Below are positions 1 to 12,739 of a DNA stretch of 64,000 nt, in pieces. Numbering within the stretch: position 1 is the first letter of the stretch; the number at the start of each line of letters is the position of its first letter. Position numbers and translations under genes: made by a program. Under the pieces are notes generated by a model. That model had not been told where the DNA came from. It saw nothing but the letters and a program-made list of their open reading frames with translations, and ran no database searches. The DNA comes from Octopus vulgaris (lineage: Eukaryota), in assembly GCA_951406725.2 (NCBI GenBank), contig OX597825.1:34286001-34350000 (forward strand). Reading direction: 5' to 3'.

Positions 1-119
1 GAACCTCTTAAATGTACACTAATTTTATATGAATAATATATAGTCTATTGACTATTTTCTGCATGCAGGCCACTAGTAGAAAAATTTCTATAATTTTCCT
101 ACCCTGTATATTTTTCCTA

Positions 120-121
<2 letters not shown>

Positions 122-184
<63 letters not shown>
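122..184. repeat. (TA)n microsatellite
   Basis: Pure AT dinucleotide run seen directly; explains the YIYIYI ORFs. Confidence 0.98.
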
Positions 185-186
<2 letters not shown>

Positions 187-289
187 GGAGTAAACACATA
201 AATGTGAAAACAAGATGGAAAAAAGAGTACTCGAATACCAGTGGTAGAGTAATATGCTTTATTTAAAGCAGCAGAAAATTCAACAAAAC

Positions 290-327
290 CTGTTACTCTG
301 AGTTTCCCATTGCCGTTCGTCGGACAG
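290..327 (-). ncRNA. Degenerate minimal hammerhead ribozyme-like motif in a probable Penelope-like terminal repeat
   Basis: Minus strand reads CUGU-CCGACGA-ACGgcaaUGG-GAAAC-UCAGA-GUA-ACAG: stem I CUGU/ACAG, core CCGACGA (U4C), weak stem II, GUA cleavage triplet. Confidence 0.5.
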
Positions 328-464
328 TTTTTGCTAGAATGGAACCGATATATGAATTCTATCCTGACTATTACAAACGCTACACCTTTAAAAAAAATGG
401 ACTTGTTTGATTGGCCCTTTAGAAATAACGGCCAATTTTCGAGCGATATGTATGTATGTATGTA

Positions 465-498
<34 letters not shown>

Positions 499-544
499 CA
501 TGTATGTATGTATGTGTAAATATATATATATATATAAACCCTTA

Positions 545-2207
545 ACTCTTATGTTGAGGTGGTATATGGCCCAAAATCGTCTTCAATAGCTCCAGTGAGA
601 ACAGCAAATGGAAATTTGCTTCTGACTGTCACTGTTTCTACTCATAAGCATTGGGTAGAACATTTTTCTGCACTTTTGAATAGACCATCATCTGTTGACA
701 TGAGGACGATAGAAAAAATCGAGCACCTTCCAGTTATAGAAGAGATGGCATTTGAACCAACTCTAAAGGACATTTATCTAGCTGTGAATAAGCTGAGTAA
801 CAATAAGTCTCCAAGGTCTGATGGAATCTGTGCAGAAGTCTCAAAATATGGGAGTGACAAAATGTTTGAACTTTTAAATATATTAATTTGTGATGTTGGA
901 GAACTGAGAAAGTGCCTCAAGAGTGGATTGATGCCATTTTAGTCTCCTTGTATAAATCGGGGCCAAAGGATCTGTGTGGTAATTTTCGGGGGATTTCGCT
1001 TTTGTCTGTGGTTAGAAAGGTACTTCATTACATTCTGTTAGAATGTTTAAATACTTTCATTTTTCCAAATATGGTATTTGCGTCTCGGTGTGGTTTTAGC
1101 TCCTCCAGGGGCACAGTTGATTGTATCTTTACTATCAGACACTTGCAGAGAAAGTGCATTGAACAGAATCTTCCCCTATACCATTCTTTTGTTGATTTCA
1201 GCAAAACATTCAAAACTGTTAATCAAAATTCTCTGTATCTAATTCTAAGAAAAATAGGTTGCCCAGAAAAATTTGTAAACATGATCTGGGCTTTGCATCA
1301 AGGTATGAAAGTTAGAGTTAATTTTGGTGATAGGCTCTCTGAATCTTTTGCCATGGAAAATGGAGTAAAGCAAGGAGACCTTGATGCACCCACCCTCTTT
1401 TCAATATACTGTGCTGTTGGGCTGTCACACACTTTTCAAAACTCAGATTAGGGTATTTACATAAAATATCGAACTGGGAATGTTTTTAATCTGACCAGAC
1501 TGAAATTCAAAATGAAGGTTTTTACTTCACTCATTAGGGAACTTTCGTATGCTGACAATTGCGATCTTGTCAGTCATTCTGAAACAGGTCTGCAATCTCT
1601 TGTATCTACATATAACTCAGTTTGTGATGATTTTGGCTTGACCACCAACTTGAAAAGAAAAAGAGCTATAATGTATCAACCTGCACGTGGTGCTGTCTAC
1701 AACCCCACAAAAATTTTTGTTAAGGGTAAGTTACTTAGCGGCGAGCTGGCAGAAACGTTAGCACGCCAGGCGAAATGCTTAGCGGTATTTCATCTGCGGT
1801 TACATTCAAATTCTGCCGAGGTCGATTAAATAAGTACCAGTTACGCCCTGGGGTCGATATAATCGACTTAATCCGTTTGTCTGTCCTTGTTTGTCCTCTC
1901 TGTGTTAGCCCCTTGGGGGTAGTAAAGAAATAGGTAAGTTACTTGAGGTTGTTGATTCATTCATCTACCTTGGAAGCTCTGTACAAAACGATGGAAATCT
2001 GGACACAGAAATAAATCTGCGAATTGAAAGAGCAGCACAAGCATTTGGTGATTTGGAGTCACGTGTTTGGCACCAACGACATATAAATGACCATACAAAA
2101 TTGACTCTTTATAAATCATTTGTCTTACCATCCCTGTTGTATACTTCTGAAAAATGGACATGTTATAAAAGACATTTCAAATTGTTAGGACAATTCCGCT
2201 ATCATGG
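545..2207 (+). mobile_element. RTE-clade LINE fragment (degraded reverse transcriptase)
   Basis: ORFs 559-942, 912-1451 and 1512-1829 carry RT motifs (NFRGISLLS, CGFSSSRGTVD, FVDFSKTF, GVKQGD, ELSYADNC); frameshifted and interrupted by a SINE. Confidence 0.92.
1737..1932 (+). mobile_element. tRNA-derived SINE (family A) inserted in the RTE
   Basis: GGCGAGCTGGCAGAAACGTTAGCACG head recurring many times in the window; 12-bp TSD GGTAAGTTACTT at 1725-1736 and 1933-1944. Confidence 0.88.
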
Positions 2208-2994
2208 GAAGAAATAGCTAAGGTTTTTTGGCTCCTATTTTTAAACTTCGGTATGTGGTAAAGCAAATCATTGCTGAACCCTAATTATAAAGTATTACTT
2301 AAGTTTACCGTGAAATGGTCCTTTTTCATGCCGAATTCTACTTGGTGAAATTATTGATTACTTCTTAATTAATTAATTTTACCCTTTGTTATTATTGATA
2401 ATAGAATTTTCTCCCTCATAACAAACTACAGATTTTCCTGTAGTATTTTACTTGACGACACACGCGGATGGGCAGGGGAAGGTGATGAACCTCATTCGTA
2501 TTTTGAATTCGGCGGTATTAACACCGAATATGATCTGTCTGATACGTTAGGTTGAGAGATATGTTCAATTCTTCCAGTGCCTTCGAATTTAATATTTTTA
2601 ATATTTAATATTGTTGGAGTCCCATGCTGATGAAGGAAAATGGTTGGGTAAAGTATAATTCTATATTCTTTATACCGATCTAATTCCAAAACGCGTACAT
2701 GGGTGACCAGCTATAGATTGATTTTTGTTATTTTTCTTCTCTGCCCGCGTGGATTGTTTTCAAGTATTTTGATTTTTCTGGGAGTCCCATTTTAAAGTAG
2801 AAGAAATAGCTAAGGTTTTTTGGCTCCTATTTCTAAACTTCGGTATATGGTAAAGCAAATCTTTGCTGAACCCTAATTATAAAGTATTACTTAAATTTAC
2901 CGTGAAATGATCCTTTTTCATGCCGAATTCTACTTGGTGAAATTATTGATTACTTCTTAATTTATTAATTTTACCCTTTGTTATTATTGATAAT
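2208..2994. repeat. Two ~195-bp direct repeats (2208-2402, 2800-2994) flanking a ~400-bp spacer; probable Penelope-like or TRIM-like non-autonomous element
   Basis: GAAGAAATAGCTAAGG...TTATTATTGATAAT occurs twice with few substitutions; adjoins a (TA)n run. Family assignment is inference. Confidence 0.75.
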
Positions 2995-3231
2995 TATACA
3001 TACATATATATATATACTCGTCTAAATTTGCTAGTTCGCGGTACGCCCGCCCCTCCACCTGTGCCAGAAGTCCCTATCCTTTGTCATCCTTTGGTTGTCT
3101 CCTATGAACACTTCTAAAGGCTTTGTGCCATCCCCACCCCTACTTAGGGTTTATCTCCTATGTAAGATAGTGATCATATAGTGCAAAAATATGATAGTGT
3201 AGTGTATGCAGGTTGAACTTAAGGCTATTGT

Positions 3232-6200
3232 TTGTTTTTGAATTCTGCCAAATGCGAGCTCTCTTTTCAGGAACATGACGCTGCTGTCCCCTGCCCCAGG
3301 GTCTCAAGGACCCATACCTCCCACACCCTCAGGGCTGGCACTCTCAATGTCGACACACTGAAAGGTAGGTCTAGTGAGATTGTTGAGATGCTTGAACGGA
3401 GATGTGTCGATATGTGCTGCATCCAAGAAGTAAAGTGGAGAGGAGGCTCCGCTAGGTTTCTCACAGGTAAAGAACACAGGTACAAGATTTTCTGGGCAGG
3501 GAACACTGATGGGGTCGGGGCGTGGGTATACTTCTGGCAGAGAAGTGGGTGGATAAGGTAATCGAGGTAGTCAGAGTATGCGACAGAATACTTAAGATTA
3601 GATTAGTGCTTCATCATGGGTTAGCAACCATTATCTCAGCCTATGTCCCTCAGCCGAGGCTACCCGATGGATAGAAAGACCGATTCTATGACACCCTCTT
3701 GCAGACTACCTCGTTGACGAATGACAGGGACCTTCTCTTTGTGGCTGGTGACTTCAATGGACATGTTGGATAACATACAGGGGACTTCCATGGCTTACAT
3801 GGAGGCTACGGTTTTGGTTCCTGCAATGAGGAGGGAACCAGACTGCTGGAGTTCTGCGATGCAAATGAACTTATGGTTTGCAATACTAACTTCAGGAAAC
3901 CTGCCAGTCACCTAGTCACCTACCGTTCTAGCAGACACACTAGCCAAATTGACTACATCCTCACCAGAAAAAGGGAAAGCTAGCTGCTTATAAATGCCAA
4001 AACCTTCCCAAGCGAAGAATGTACCTCACAACATAGACTGGTAGTTAGTGACTTCAGGATCAGGGCTAGGTGGATGCCCAGAAGACGACCAGCATGGAGG
4101 AGAAGGGTCTGGAAGCTTAAAGATCCATCGAATGGACAGAGATTTAGAAACATATTACTTGAAGCCTTTGACGAAATAGAAGGGCATATAGCTTCACACG
4201 ATGTAGAAGTCAGCTGGAGGTTTCTATGGGACAACCTGCTGAGGGCTACTGACTAGATCTGTGGATGGTGCAAAGTCCCCTCTCGACCCAAAATAATGTC
4301 ATGGTGGAATAAAGTTGTTGACAGGGCTATTAGAGAAAAGAAACAGGCTTGGAGGGACTGGAAGAACGGTGGTAGCAGGGGATTGTATCAGACTGTCAGA
4401 GGGGAAGCTAGGAGACAGGTTTATTTAGCCAGAGGGGAAGCAGATAAGAAAAAATTTGCCAATGTTCTGCACCGTGAGGACCAAAGACTTGAGGTATTTC
4501 GTGTTGCAAGACAGTGTGTGAGAGGGAATCATGATGTTGTAGGAGAGAAATGTGTCCACATGGATGATGGTTCACTTGCACTAAACAAGGCTGCAAACAG
4601 AGAGGTTTGGAGACGCCACTATGAAAGGTTGCTCAATAAAGAAAATGAATGGGAGAAAGAGAGTCTGCCAAATGTCGACCCAACAGACAGACCAGCTATT
4701 CGAGTCGACAGTACCTTGCTAGATAAAGTAATTAAGAGTATGAAGACAGGAAAAGCCCCGGACCACCAGGAATCACTGCAGAGATCCTCAAAATATCTGG
4801 CAGTGTCGGCTATAGCCTAGTTACCCGTATAGTTAACCAGGTGATACACAAAGGAATCAAACCCAATGACTGGTGTAGCAGCACTATAGTCAACTATAGA
4901 TACAAATAATTACAGAGGTATCGAGTTGTTGGATCAGGTAATGAAGGCCACAGAGAGGGTCATAGCCCAACTAATTAGGGAGAGAGTCAGTTTAGATGAG
5001 ATGCAGTTTGGGTTCGTTCCAGGGAAAAGCACCACTGATGCTATATTTTTGGTAAGACAGCTGCAGAAGAATACCTAGCCAAAGATAAACCTCTATACCT
5101 GGCTTTTGTTGACATGGAGAAAGCCTTTGACAGGGTCCCCCATTCCCTTATCTGGTGGTCAATGAGGAAACTAGGGATAGATGGATGGTTAGTGAGAGCT
5201 GTGCAAGCCAGGTACAGGGACGCTATCAGTAATGTGAGGGTTGGAAACGAGTAGTGTGAAGAATTCTGGGTAGAGGTAGGGGTCCACCAAGAGTCAGTCC
5301 TCAGCTTCCTCCTATTTATCATAGTCCTCCAAGTAATAACAGAGGAATTTAAGACAGGATGTCCCTGGGAGCTGATATACTGATGACCTTGCTCTAATTG
5401 CTGAGTCACTATCAGAACTAGAGGAGAAGTTTCAGGTGTGGAAACAAAGATTAGAATCGAAGGGCCTTAGAGTCAACCTAGCTAAAACCAAAGTCCTAAA
5501 AAGTAGGAAGGCAGGCAAACCAAAAATCCCTTCAGGTTGATCGCCCTGCTCGATCTGTAGAAAAGGCGTAGGTAGAAACTCTATAAGATGTACCCAGTGT
5601 AAGCTATGGACACATAAGAGGTGTAGCAATATCAAAGGAAGGCTAACTTGGAAGATAGTTTTTGTATGTGGCAGATGCTCAGGAGCAATAAACACTGAAA
5701 ATGTGCAGTGAGCAACTTCTGCCATATTCCAGGGAGAAAAACTAGAAGTAGTTGATAGCTTCTGTTACCAAGGTGAAACATGGTCTGTGACTGCTGAGGA
5801 CATGAGTAAGCTTGCAAGGAATGAAGCGAGTATGCTCCGATGGATGTGCAATGTCAGTGTGCATACTCAACAGAGTGTAAGTACCTTGAGAGAAAAGTTG
5901 GACCTAAGAAGCATCAGATGTGTTGTGCAAGAGAGACGACTGCGCTGGTACGGTCATGTGACGAGAATGGATGAGGATAGCTGTGTGAAAAAGTGCCAGA
6001 CCCTAGCGGTTGAGGGAACCTGTGGAAGAGGTAGACCTAGGAAGACCTGGGATGAAGTGGTGAAGCACGACCTTCGAACAGTTGTAAATGCCTAGAGACC
6101 GAGACCTTTGGAAATATGCTGTGCTTGGGAAGACCCTGCAAGCCAAGTGAGACCATAACCTCGAAATCAAATTCGATGACTGGCATCTGTGCTAGTGGAG

Positions 6201-6648
6201 CGCTAAGAGCACCATCCGAGTGTGATCGTTGCCAGAGCAGCTAACTGGCTTCCATGCCGGTGGCACGTTAAATGCACCGTTCGAGCGTGATCATTACCGG
6301 TGTTGCCATACTGGCACTTGTGCCGGTGGCATGTGAAAAAATATTTGAGCATGGTCGTTGCCAGTGCCGCTGGACTGGCTCCTGTGCATGTGGCACGTAA
6401 AAACACCATTTGAGCGTGGCTGTTGCCTGTACCGCCTGACTGGCCCTCGTGCCAGTAGCACGTAAAAGCACCCACTATACTCTCGGAGTGGCTGACATTA
6501 AGAAGAGCATCCAGCTGTAGAAACTCTGCCAAATCAAGATTGGAGCCTGGTGCAGCCATCTGGTTCGCCAGTCCTCAATCAAATCGTCAAATCGTCCAAC
6601 CCATTCTAGCATGGAAATCGGTTGTTAAACGATGATGATGATGATGAT
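3232..6648 (+). mobile_element. Near full-length degraded RTE-clade LINE (AP endonuclease + RT, repeat-containing 3' UTR, (GAT)n tail)
   Basis: GTLNVDTLKG..CCIQEVKW (APE N-terminus), FVDMEKAFD RT motif near 5105, RRLRWYGHV..GRGRPRKTW C-terminus (5787-6095), ~55-60-bp degenerate tandem repeats 6175-6480, GATGATGAT tail at ~6631-6648; multiple stops. Confidence 0.93.
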
Positions 6649-6680
<32 letters not shown>

Positions 6681-7067
6681 TAATAATTTAATAAAAAATA
6701 ATATAAAATGTACAGTTATTCACCAAAAGTGAATGATATTGATTTAAGACGATGATGATGAAAATAATGAAGGTAATGTCTGCACAGCAAAGAAGATTTA
6801 AAGCTCTTCAGGTGACGCCTCTTCTTCGGGTGTATTAGGAGAAGTCGTATTTCCGTGCGAGGTTTTCTTTGTGGGCTTGAACATTGTGATGGGAATTTGC
6901 TGTTGTTGTTTCTTCTTGGTAGAGTTTTATATGTCTGTATGGCAGCATCGATGGTATTTTTAAAACTGGAGAGAGCAAACCATATAGGGATCCCATGTTT
7001 CCGCCTCCCCTTGCAATTCCTTTGCTGTCCTTAAAAGGTCGGACTGACATTCGATTGTCAGGCCTTT

Positions 7068-7800
7068 CTAATCCTCCTCTTCCTTTGGATCTAGCACTTC
7101 CTTCCCCTCTTTGCTGGCAGACTCCGTTAACTCCAATAAATCTTCATCTGTCAGAGTTTCAGAGTGGGCATCGATGAGGTCGTTGACCTCATCTTGCGTG
7201 ATATCAAAACCAGTGCATCCAGTGGACAGGCAGCAGATTTTTATTCTAATTTTTGAAAGCTCTCGGGTTCGCAAACTTGTAGGTAAGTCCTGGTTTCATC
7301 ATGAATCCAACAGCATTGCCACACTTAAATAGCCTCACTCTGTCCTTCTGTGCCTTAAATACTAGGACTCTGGCTTCGTCCCTCATGATGTACTTTCTGG
7401 AAGATATCTTCTTCCAGAACAAGCTAGTTTCGTCCATAATGAAAACCTGTTCCAGCTTGTATCCCTTGTCCTCGATGATATGCCTGAAGGTCTCGAGGTA
7501 CTTCTTAGTAGTTTCTTTGTCGGTTGATACTGTCTCTCCAAGCAAGGAAACTCACCTTTTTTAAACCGTTTCTGGAAATGGTCAAACCATCCCTTGCTGG
7601 TTCGAAAATCATCGGGCTCCGGTGCTGTCAATGATCTTGGTTCTGGTTCTTTGGTGCCTTCTGCTTCGTTTCCTCTGTCAAACCACTGGTGTAAATTCCA
7701 CGCTTTCTCACGGATGATGTTACCACTCAAGGGATGTTATTTTTCCCCTGCAGTCACTGATCCACAATGCCATGGCAGACTCTATTTATCAACGTAAAAT
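7068..7800 (-). mobile_element. Tigger/pogo-like DNA transposon fragment
   Basis: ORFs give FRTSKGWFDHFQKRF (CENP-B-type HTH), QVFIMDETSLFWKK (DDE_1 first Asp) and DEVNDLIDAHSETLTDEDLLEL C-terminus. Confidence 0.88.
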
Positions 7801-7844
7801 TACTTCCAGTTCAGACGTCTTTTTTTAAATAGGTAGTTCTTCCT

Positions 7845-8575
7845 CTCAGTTGTCCAAAAGAATATCTAATCATTACTCTACATTTAGACATATCAACAAA
7901 TATAACAATACTGGGCTTAGTAAATTAATTTGGTCTCTAAAAGAACATAATAAACAATTTGATTTGGATTGGAATATTCTATCTAAATCATTTCCATATG
8001 ATAAAGGTAAATCTTTTTGTACGCTCTGTAACGATGAACTTTATTTCATCCTGTTCTCAGAAAATCCACTTGTTAACACGTTTAAAGAATGCATTTATAA
8101 TTGCAAACATAAGCAAAATATACCTATAGTTCATATAAGTGATTTCTATCAATCTGTGAAATTCGACCTTTAACTGTCTTCTTACATTTCACTCCCACTA
8201 AATATATCTATTTCCATGCCTTTAACCTTTATTCCTATTCACCTATCACACTATATTTCTCCACTTTCAATTTTCTGCTTATTTCTTTCTTCTCCGCCTT
8301 CTCTTTCTATAAATTGCCTTTGACATAATATATACTAATGTTTGTTTTTTTAAAGTAGCGTACTAGCATTCCCTTCATCATATATGCAGTAATCACATTC
8401 GGTTAAAATGTCTTATTGATGTGTTTTGCTTCTCTTTCTTTCCCTGGTGAGAAGATTGCATTGTTTTTCATCATTTTAATCCTTCTGGAATAATACCAAT
8501 GTTTTCTTCGAAACATATGTTGGAAATATAAAAATTTGAATAACACCTGCATTTAACTCCATTTATTTATTTATA
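7845..8575 (+). mobile_element. Penelope-like element 3' end (GIY-YIG endonuclease C-terminus plus terminal repeat)
   Basis: ORF 7850-8173 KRISNHYSTF..TGLSKLIWSLKE..WNIL..CTLCNDE..CKHK matches the PLE GIY-YIG C-terminal pattern; hammerhead motif downstream; ends in microsatellite. Confidence 0.85.
8439..8526 (+). ncRNA. Hammerhead ribozyme motif (A6G core change) in Penelope-like terminal repeat
   Basis: UUUCC-CUGGUGA-GAAGA...UCUUC-GAAAC-AUAU-GUU-GGAAA: 5-bp stem I, 5-bp stem II base, palindromic stem III AACAUAUGUU. Confidence 0.72.
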
Positions 8576-8640
8576 TATATATATACATATATACATATAT
8601 ACATACATACATAAATACATATATATATATATGTGTGTGC

Positions 8641-8693
<53 letters not shown>

Positions 8694-8739
8694 GGCATAG
8701 CTGTGCGGTAAGAAGCTTGCGTATGATGCCTGCTTCTGT

Positions 8740-9700
8740 TTAAGTTGACTAGTCCAGTCTCCTTTCAGTTGTATAAGCCCAGTTGTATGCTCAGAGTACC
8801 TACACAGTAGTTCTCCAACTCTGGTGATGTTATTGCTCTCTCTTTTGAGTATGCATGAGATGTACTCATCTCTTGTTTTACTGTTCAGCAGGTGTTGTCT
8901 AAGTGATACAATGCAAATTCCAAAGGTTGTTTGGACTGACCCTATGCCTCTACCATCATTATTTCACCTCACATATATCCTATTGGTGTTGCTGTTAATG
9001 TGGAAGTTGCTCGTGGTGGTCAGTACCTTTCTGGTTTTTATGTCCAGACTGCATATCTCATCAAATGTCCAATCCAATATCCCAAATGTTGGTATTAGCA
9101 ATGGTGCTGCAAAAGTATTGTGAGATACGGTCTTGTTAAATGCAGACAGCCCTGACTTCCATATTTTCCAGAGTCTACAGAAATACTCTGTTGTTTTTCT
9201 GGCTCTAGTCACAGTGCCAACTTCTGCAACATTCTCATAATTCCAAGGTACTTGTAGCTTTCATCATTAGAGAACATCAACAAGCCATTGATGTTCATGT
9301 TCTTTGTCTGGTCGACAATCTTTCCCCTATTGACTATCACGTATAAGCATTTCTCTTGCTTAAACTCCATTCCAAAATTTTCGTGTAGTTCTAACTATCT
9401 CTTGATGCTGATCACATTACACTTTAGGTCATCAACAAAAATGTGTGGATGACATTAACCTTTTCTTTCCTGCATATCCCAACAGGTAGCCTTCGCATTT
9501 TGTGAACAGGGCCAACAAGGGATTCACTGCCAATACAAACAGTATTACAGATGAAAAAAAAAATATCACATTGGAATATGTCTGTTGATAGCTTAACTCT
9601 GTAACACCAGGGGTTGCTTTAGCAGTTGTTAGTGATAACTGTGTGGAGCATATTGTGGTCAGTCTTTCAGTGGCATTCACTGTAGCAGCTGGTACCATAG
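8740..9700 (-). mobile_element. R4/Dong-like (restriction-endonuclease) LINE RT fragment
   Basis: ORF 8964-9212 KIWKSGLSAFNKTVSHNTFAAP..FGILDWT..LDIKTRK..RIYVR; ORF 9432 C-terminus ILFVLAVNPLL..GY..THF is RT-like. Confidence 0.8.
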
Positions 9701-9712
9701 CAAGGTGTAGTG

Positions 9713-9724
9713 ATGTATGTATAC

Positions 9725-9755
<31 letters not shown>

Positions 9756-9835
9756 TGTATGTATGTATGTATGTATGTATGACTGTATGTATGTATGTAT
9801 GTGCGTGTATGTATGCATGTATGTATGTATGTATG

Positions 9836-9866
<31 letters not shown>

Positions 9867-9990
9867 GTATGTATGTATGTGTGTGTGTGTATGTATGTGT
9901 GTATGTATGTATATCTGTCTATCTATGTATGAGTGTGTGTGTATGCATGTGTTTGTATGTATATGTATGTGTATTAGTGTGTGTTTGAGA
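9713..9990. repeat. (TATG)n/(TG)n compound microsatellite
   Basis: Seen directly; source of MYVC/HTYI ORFs. Confidence 0.97.
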
Positions 9991-10333
9991 GAGTGAGAGA
10001 GGAAGAAAGAGTGAATGGGAAGGAGAGAGAGATGACTGTGTTCCACATTAAAAGGAGATATCTTTATATCCTTATATTTATGTACCTGTTTCATTACCTC
10101 GATTGAAAGTAGTGTGAGAAAATAGTCAAAGAGCTGGATATTAATATGTTATTACCTGAATTGAAAACAGGAACTTTTAAGTAACATGATAATGCAGCAA
10201 AATCACGCACATTCACACACACACGCGCGCATTACGCACACACATGCACACACACAGCCACACTTATATGTACACACAGCCACATACACACAAACACACA
10301 GATTAAAAATGAGAATTCTATCCAAATACTTAC

Positions 10334-10556
10334 AGTTTCCAATCTCCAACCAGATACTATTCCACTAAAGATATTTTTTACTGTTTCATTTAATTTTAAT
10401 TCTTTTACTGGATCAATTTGAGGAGTGCAAAAATCAAAGCTTGGTTGAGATCCCCTTTCACATTTATTTGCACAAGATAACGTATTTGAGAAAACACGTG
10501 TTTCATCATTGATTAATTGAACATTGAAATAATTTGAGGTTCCAGACAAAAGTTTG
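10334..10556 (-). CDS. Candidate coding exon of a host gene, PLAT/LH2-like
   Basis: Acceptor TTTTATATTTCAAG and donor GTAAGT bound one open frame: KLLSGTSNYFNVQL..CERGSQPSFDF..IDPVKELKL..SGWRLET. ERGS..F and GWxLExV resemble PLAT-domain motifs (inference). Confidence 0.5.
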
Positions 10557-10669
10557 CTTGAAATATAAAATTTGATTCTCCAGCAGTAATCTAAAACGAA
10601 ACACCATAAGATAATGTTTATTACATAGATTGACTGTTTGTAATAATACTGTTTGTATACATTTTATAT

Positions 10670-11060
10670 TTTACTTCTTTCAGTCATTGAACTACGGCCA
10701 TGCTGGGGCACCACCTCGAAGGATTTTAGTCGAACGAATCGACTCCAGTACTTATTGCTTAAAACCTGGTACTTATTAAATCAATCTCTTTTGCCAAACT
10801 GCTACATTACAGGAATGTGAAAAAACCAACACTGGTGGTCAAGTAGTGGTGGTAGGGCAAACACAAACGCAAAGACACACACAAACACAAATGCAAAGAC
10901 ACACACAGACATATACACGCACGCATGCACACACACACATACATATAGGATAAGCTTCTTTGAGATTTTGTCTGTGAAATCTACTCACAAAGCTTTGGTT
11001 GCTCTGGGACTATAGCAAAAGGCACTTTCCTTAGGTATCAAGCTGTAGGATTGAACGAGG
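10670..11060 (-). mobile_element. SINE family B copy (degraded)
   Basis: Same ends as copies at 22780, 49450, 51618 (TTTCAGTCATT.ACT..GGCCATGCTGG; internal (CA)n). Confidence 0.75.
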
Positions 11061-12708
11061 AGCACATTGGACAAGTGTCTTCTGTTATAACCCCAAATTG
11101 ACGAAAGCATTGTGAGTGGATTTAGTAGAGAGAACCTGAAAATAGCTCATTGTATATTTGTACGAATCTTCATTGACAATCTATTGGTGTCAAATAAAGT
11201 GTTAAATACCTACAGCTTACAAATGAATAGCTCCAGTTCTCTGAAGCTAATGGACCTGTTGTGTATAAAAACAGATTGTCTACTCATTTCTCTGAGATTG
11301 GTCAAGTGATGTAGACACTTGAGATAGGAACCCAATAAGTTTCAAAAATGGATTAAAGCTGTTTGTCATCCTTTTTCAATCTCCGTAGGTTACACCCCCA
11401 TCACGTACATATTTATACGTCTGAATGGACAAAAGTAAGAAAGAGTTATTCAACACATTTCCTAGGAGTACATATATTGGTATTTAATAACACTCTGATT
11501 CAGCTCAACACAACTTAAAGTTTTGAAGGCGCTTCACACGAACCTAGCTCTTCAGGTTTAGGAGACTGAATGGAGAGATGGAAGAAATGCAACATGATTA
11601 CTGAAGATTGGGCACATATTGGTCAAGGTGGGTCACATGGTGTTCTCGCCATAAGTACCGAACAATTAGTAACATCAAATACATCAACTAGAAGCCTCAA
11701 TTCCGTATTTCTTGGACCACGTAGTTGGATAGAATGTTTGTGGCACATCGGTGGGTGATGTGGGTGAGAATCTTAAGTGAAAAGAAGTGGTGGTAAACTT
11801 GCACTCGTGCATGTGTGTTGGAGTATGCCTGCTTTATGAGTGCGTGAGTTTATGCATTTGGTACATATGTAAATGTGTGTGTGGCGAGTATGTCTGCTGC
11901 ATTAGTGTGAGTGTACACATTTCATGCGTATGTGTGTGTGAGTGCATGCATGTGTGCGTTTGAGCATTTTTTGTGTATGTTCTAGTACGAGCATACATGA
12001 GATCAGCGTGTGAGCATGTGTGTGTACGGATGTAAAGGCGCATTTTGTTAGGTGACATGTAATGGTAACAGCAGCTATACGTGACTAGGTCTGACCTGGG
12101 ATAAAGATTCGATGATAGTTGGGGAAAGGAAAATGGTAAGGAAAGAAAGGAAAGCGTGTGTGTGTGTGTAGGCATGTACTTGCATACACATGCAAAAACA
12201 ATCGTGGGAGATTACAGAAAATACATAGGGTTGGAAAGTTAGTCTATGGTCTGAGCAGGTAGCAGAGTTTAAGTACCCAGTGCTAAATTATGGGGCAGCC
12301 AGTACTAAGTTGGTATACTCGGGTCGTCAGCTTAAAGTTCCCTATGAGGGCACACCTCTAATGGCTGCGATGAGATAATTTGTTTATCCTGTTGTGGATA
12401 CTGAAGGTTCATGGAGAATATGTAAATTTCATAGAGACAGAGCTGGGGCTCTTTCATGCTAGTGCATTCAGGTAGGTGGAAAGTCTCCAGTTGAAGCCAG
12501 GTAAGGAGGGTTTTTTTTTCTATCTCTGCATCTGACGGAATGCATATACTGTGTATACCGTCTCTTGAAGTCATAGGTCATCATGTCCATGTTTTGCTTG
12601 CAGTGCCATTGAATAGTGTGAAGAAGGCTCATTAGCCCAGAGTCCTTGAGAGCCATATATATTCATATATATATGTGGGGGATGAATGGTTGGACGGATG
12701 GATGGATG

Positions 12709-12739
<31 letters not shown>

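Noticed and set aside
1737-1932. tRNA-like heads as possible tRNA genes (all SINE copies)
   Set aside because: No complete cloverleaf; followed by SINE body and bounded by TSDs.
6175-6480. Regularly spaced repeats superficially like a CRISPR array
   Set aside because: Units are contiguous and degenerate with no unique spacers, lie in a LINE 3' UTR in animal DNA, and no cas genes are present.
6835-7050. 71-aa minus-strand ORF between the RTE and the Tigger fragment
   Set aside because: No recognisable motif or convincing splice sites; probably transposon debris.
9432-10094. Long ORFs rich in HTYI/MYVC/YIYI repeats (also 8-266, 13247-13668, 15764-16148, 57359-57623, 62107-62686)
   Set aside because: Translations of (CATA)n, (CA)n and (TA)n microsatellites, not proteins.
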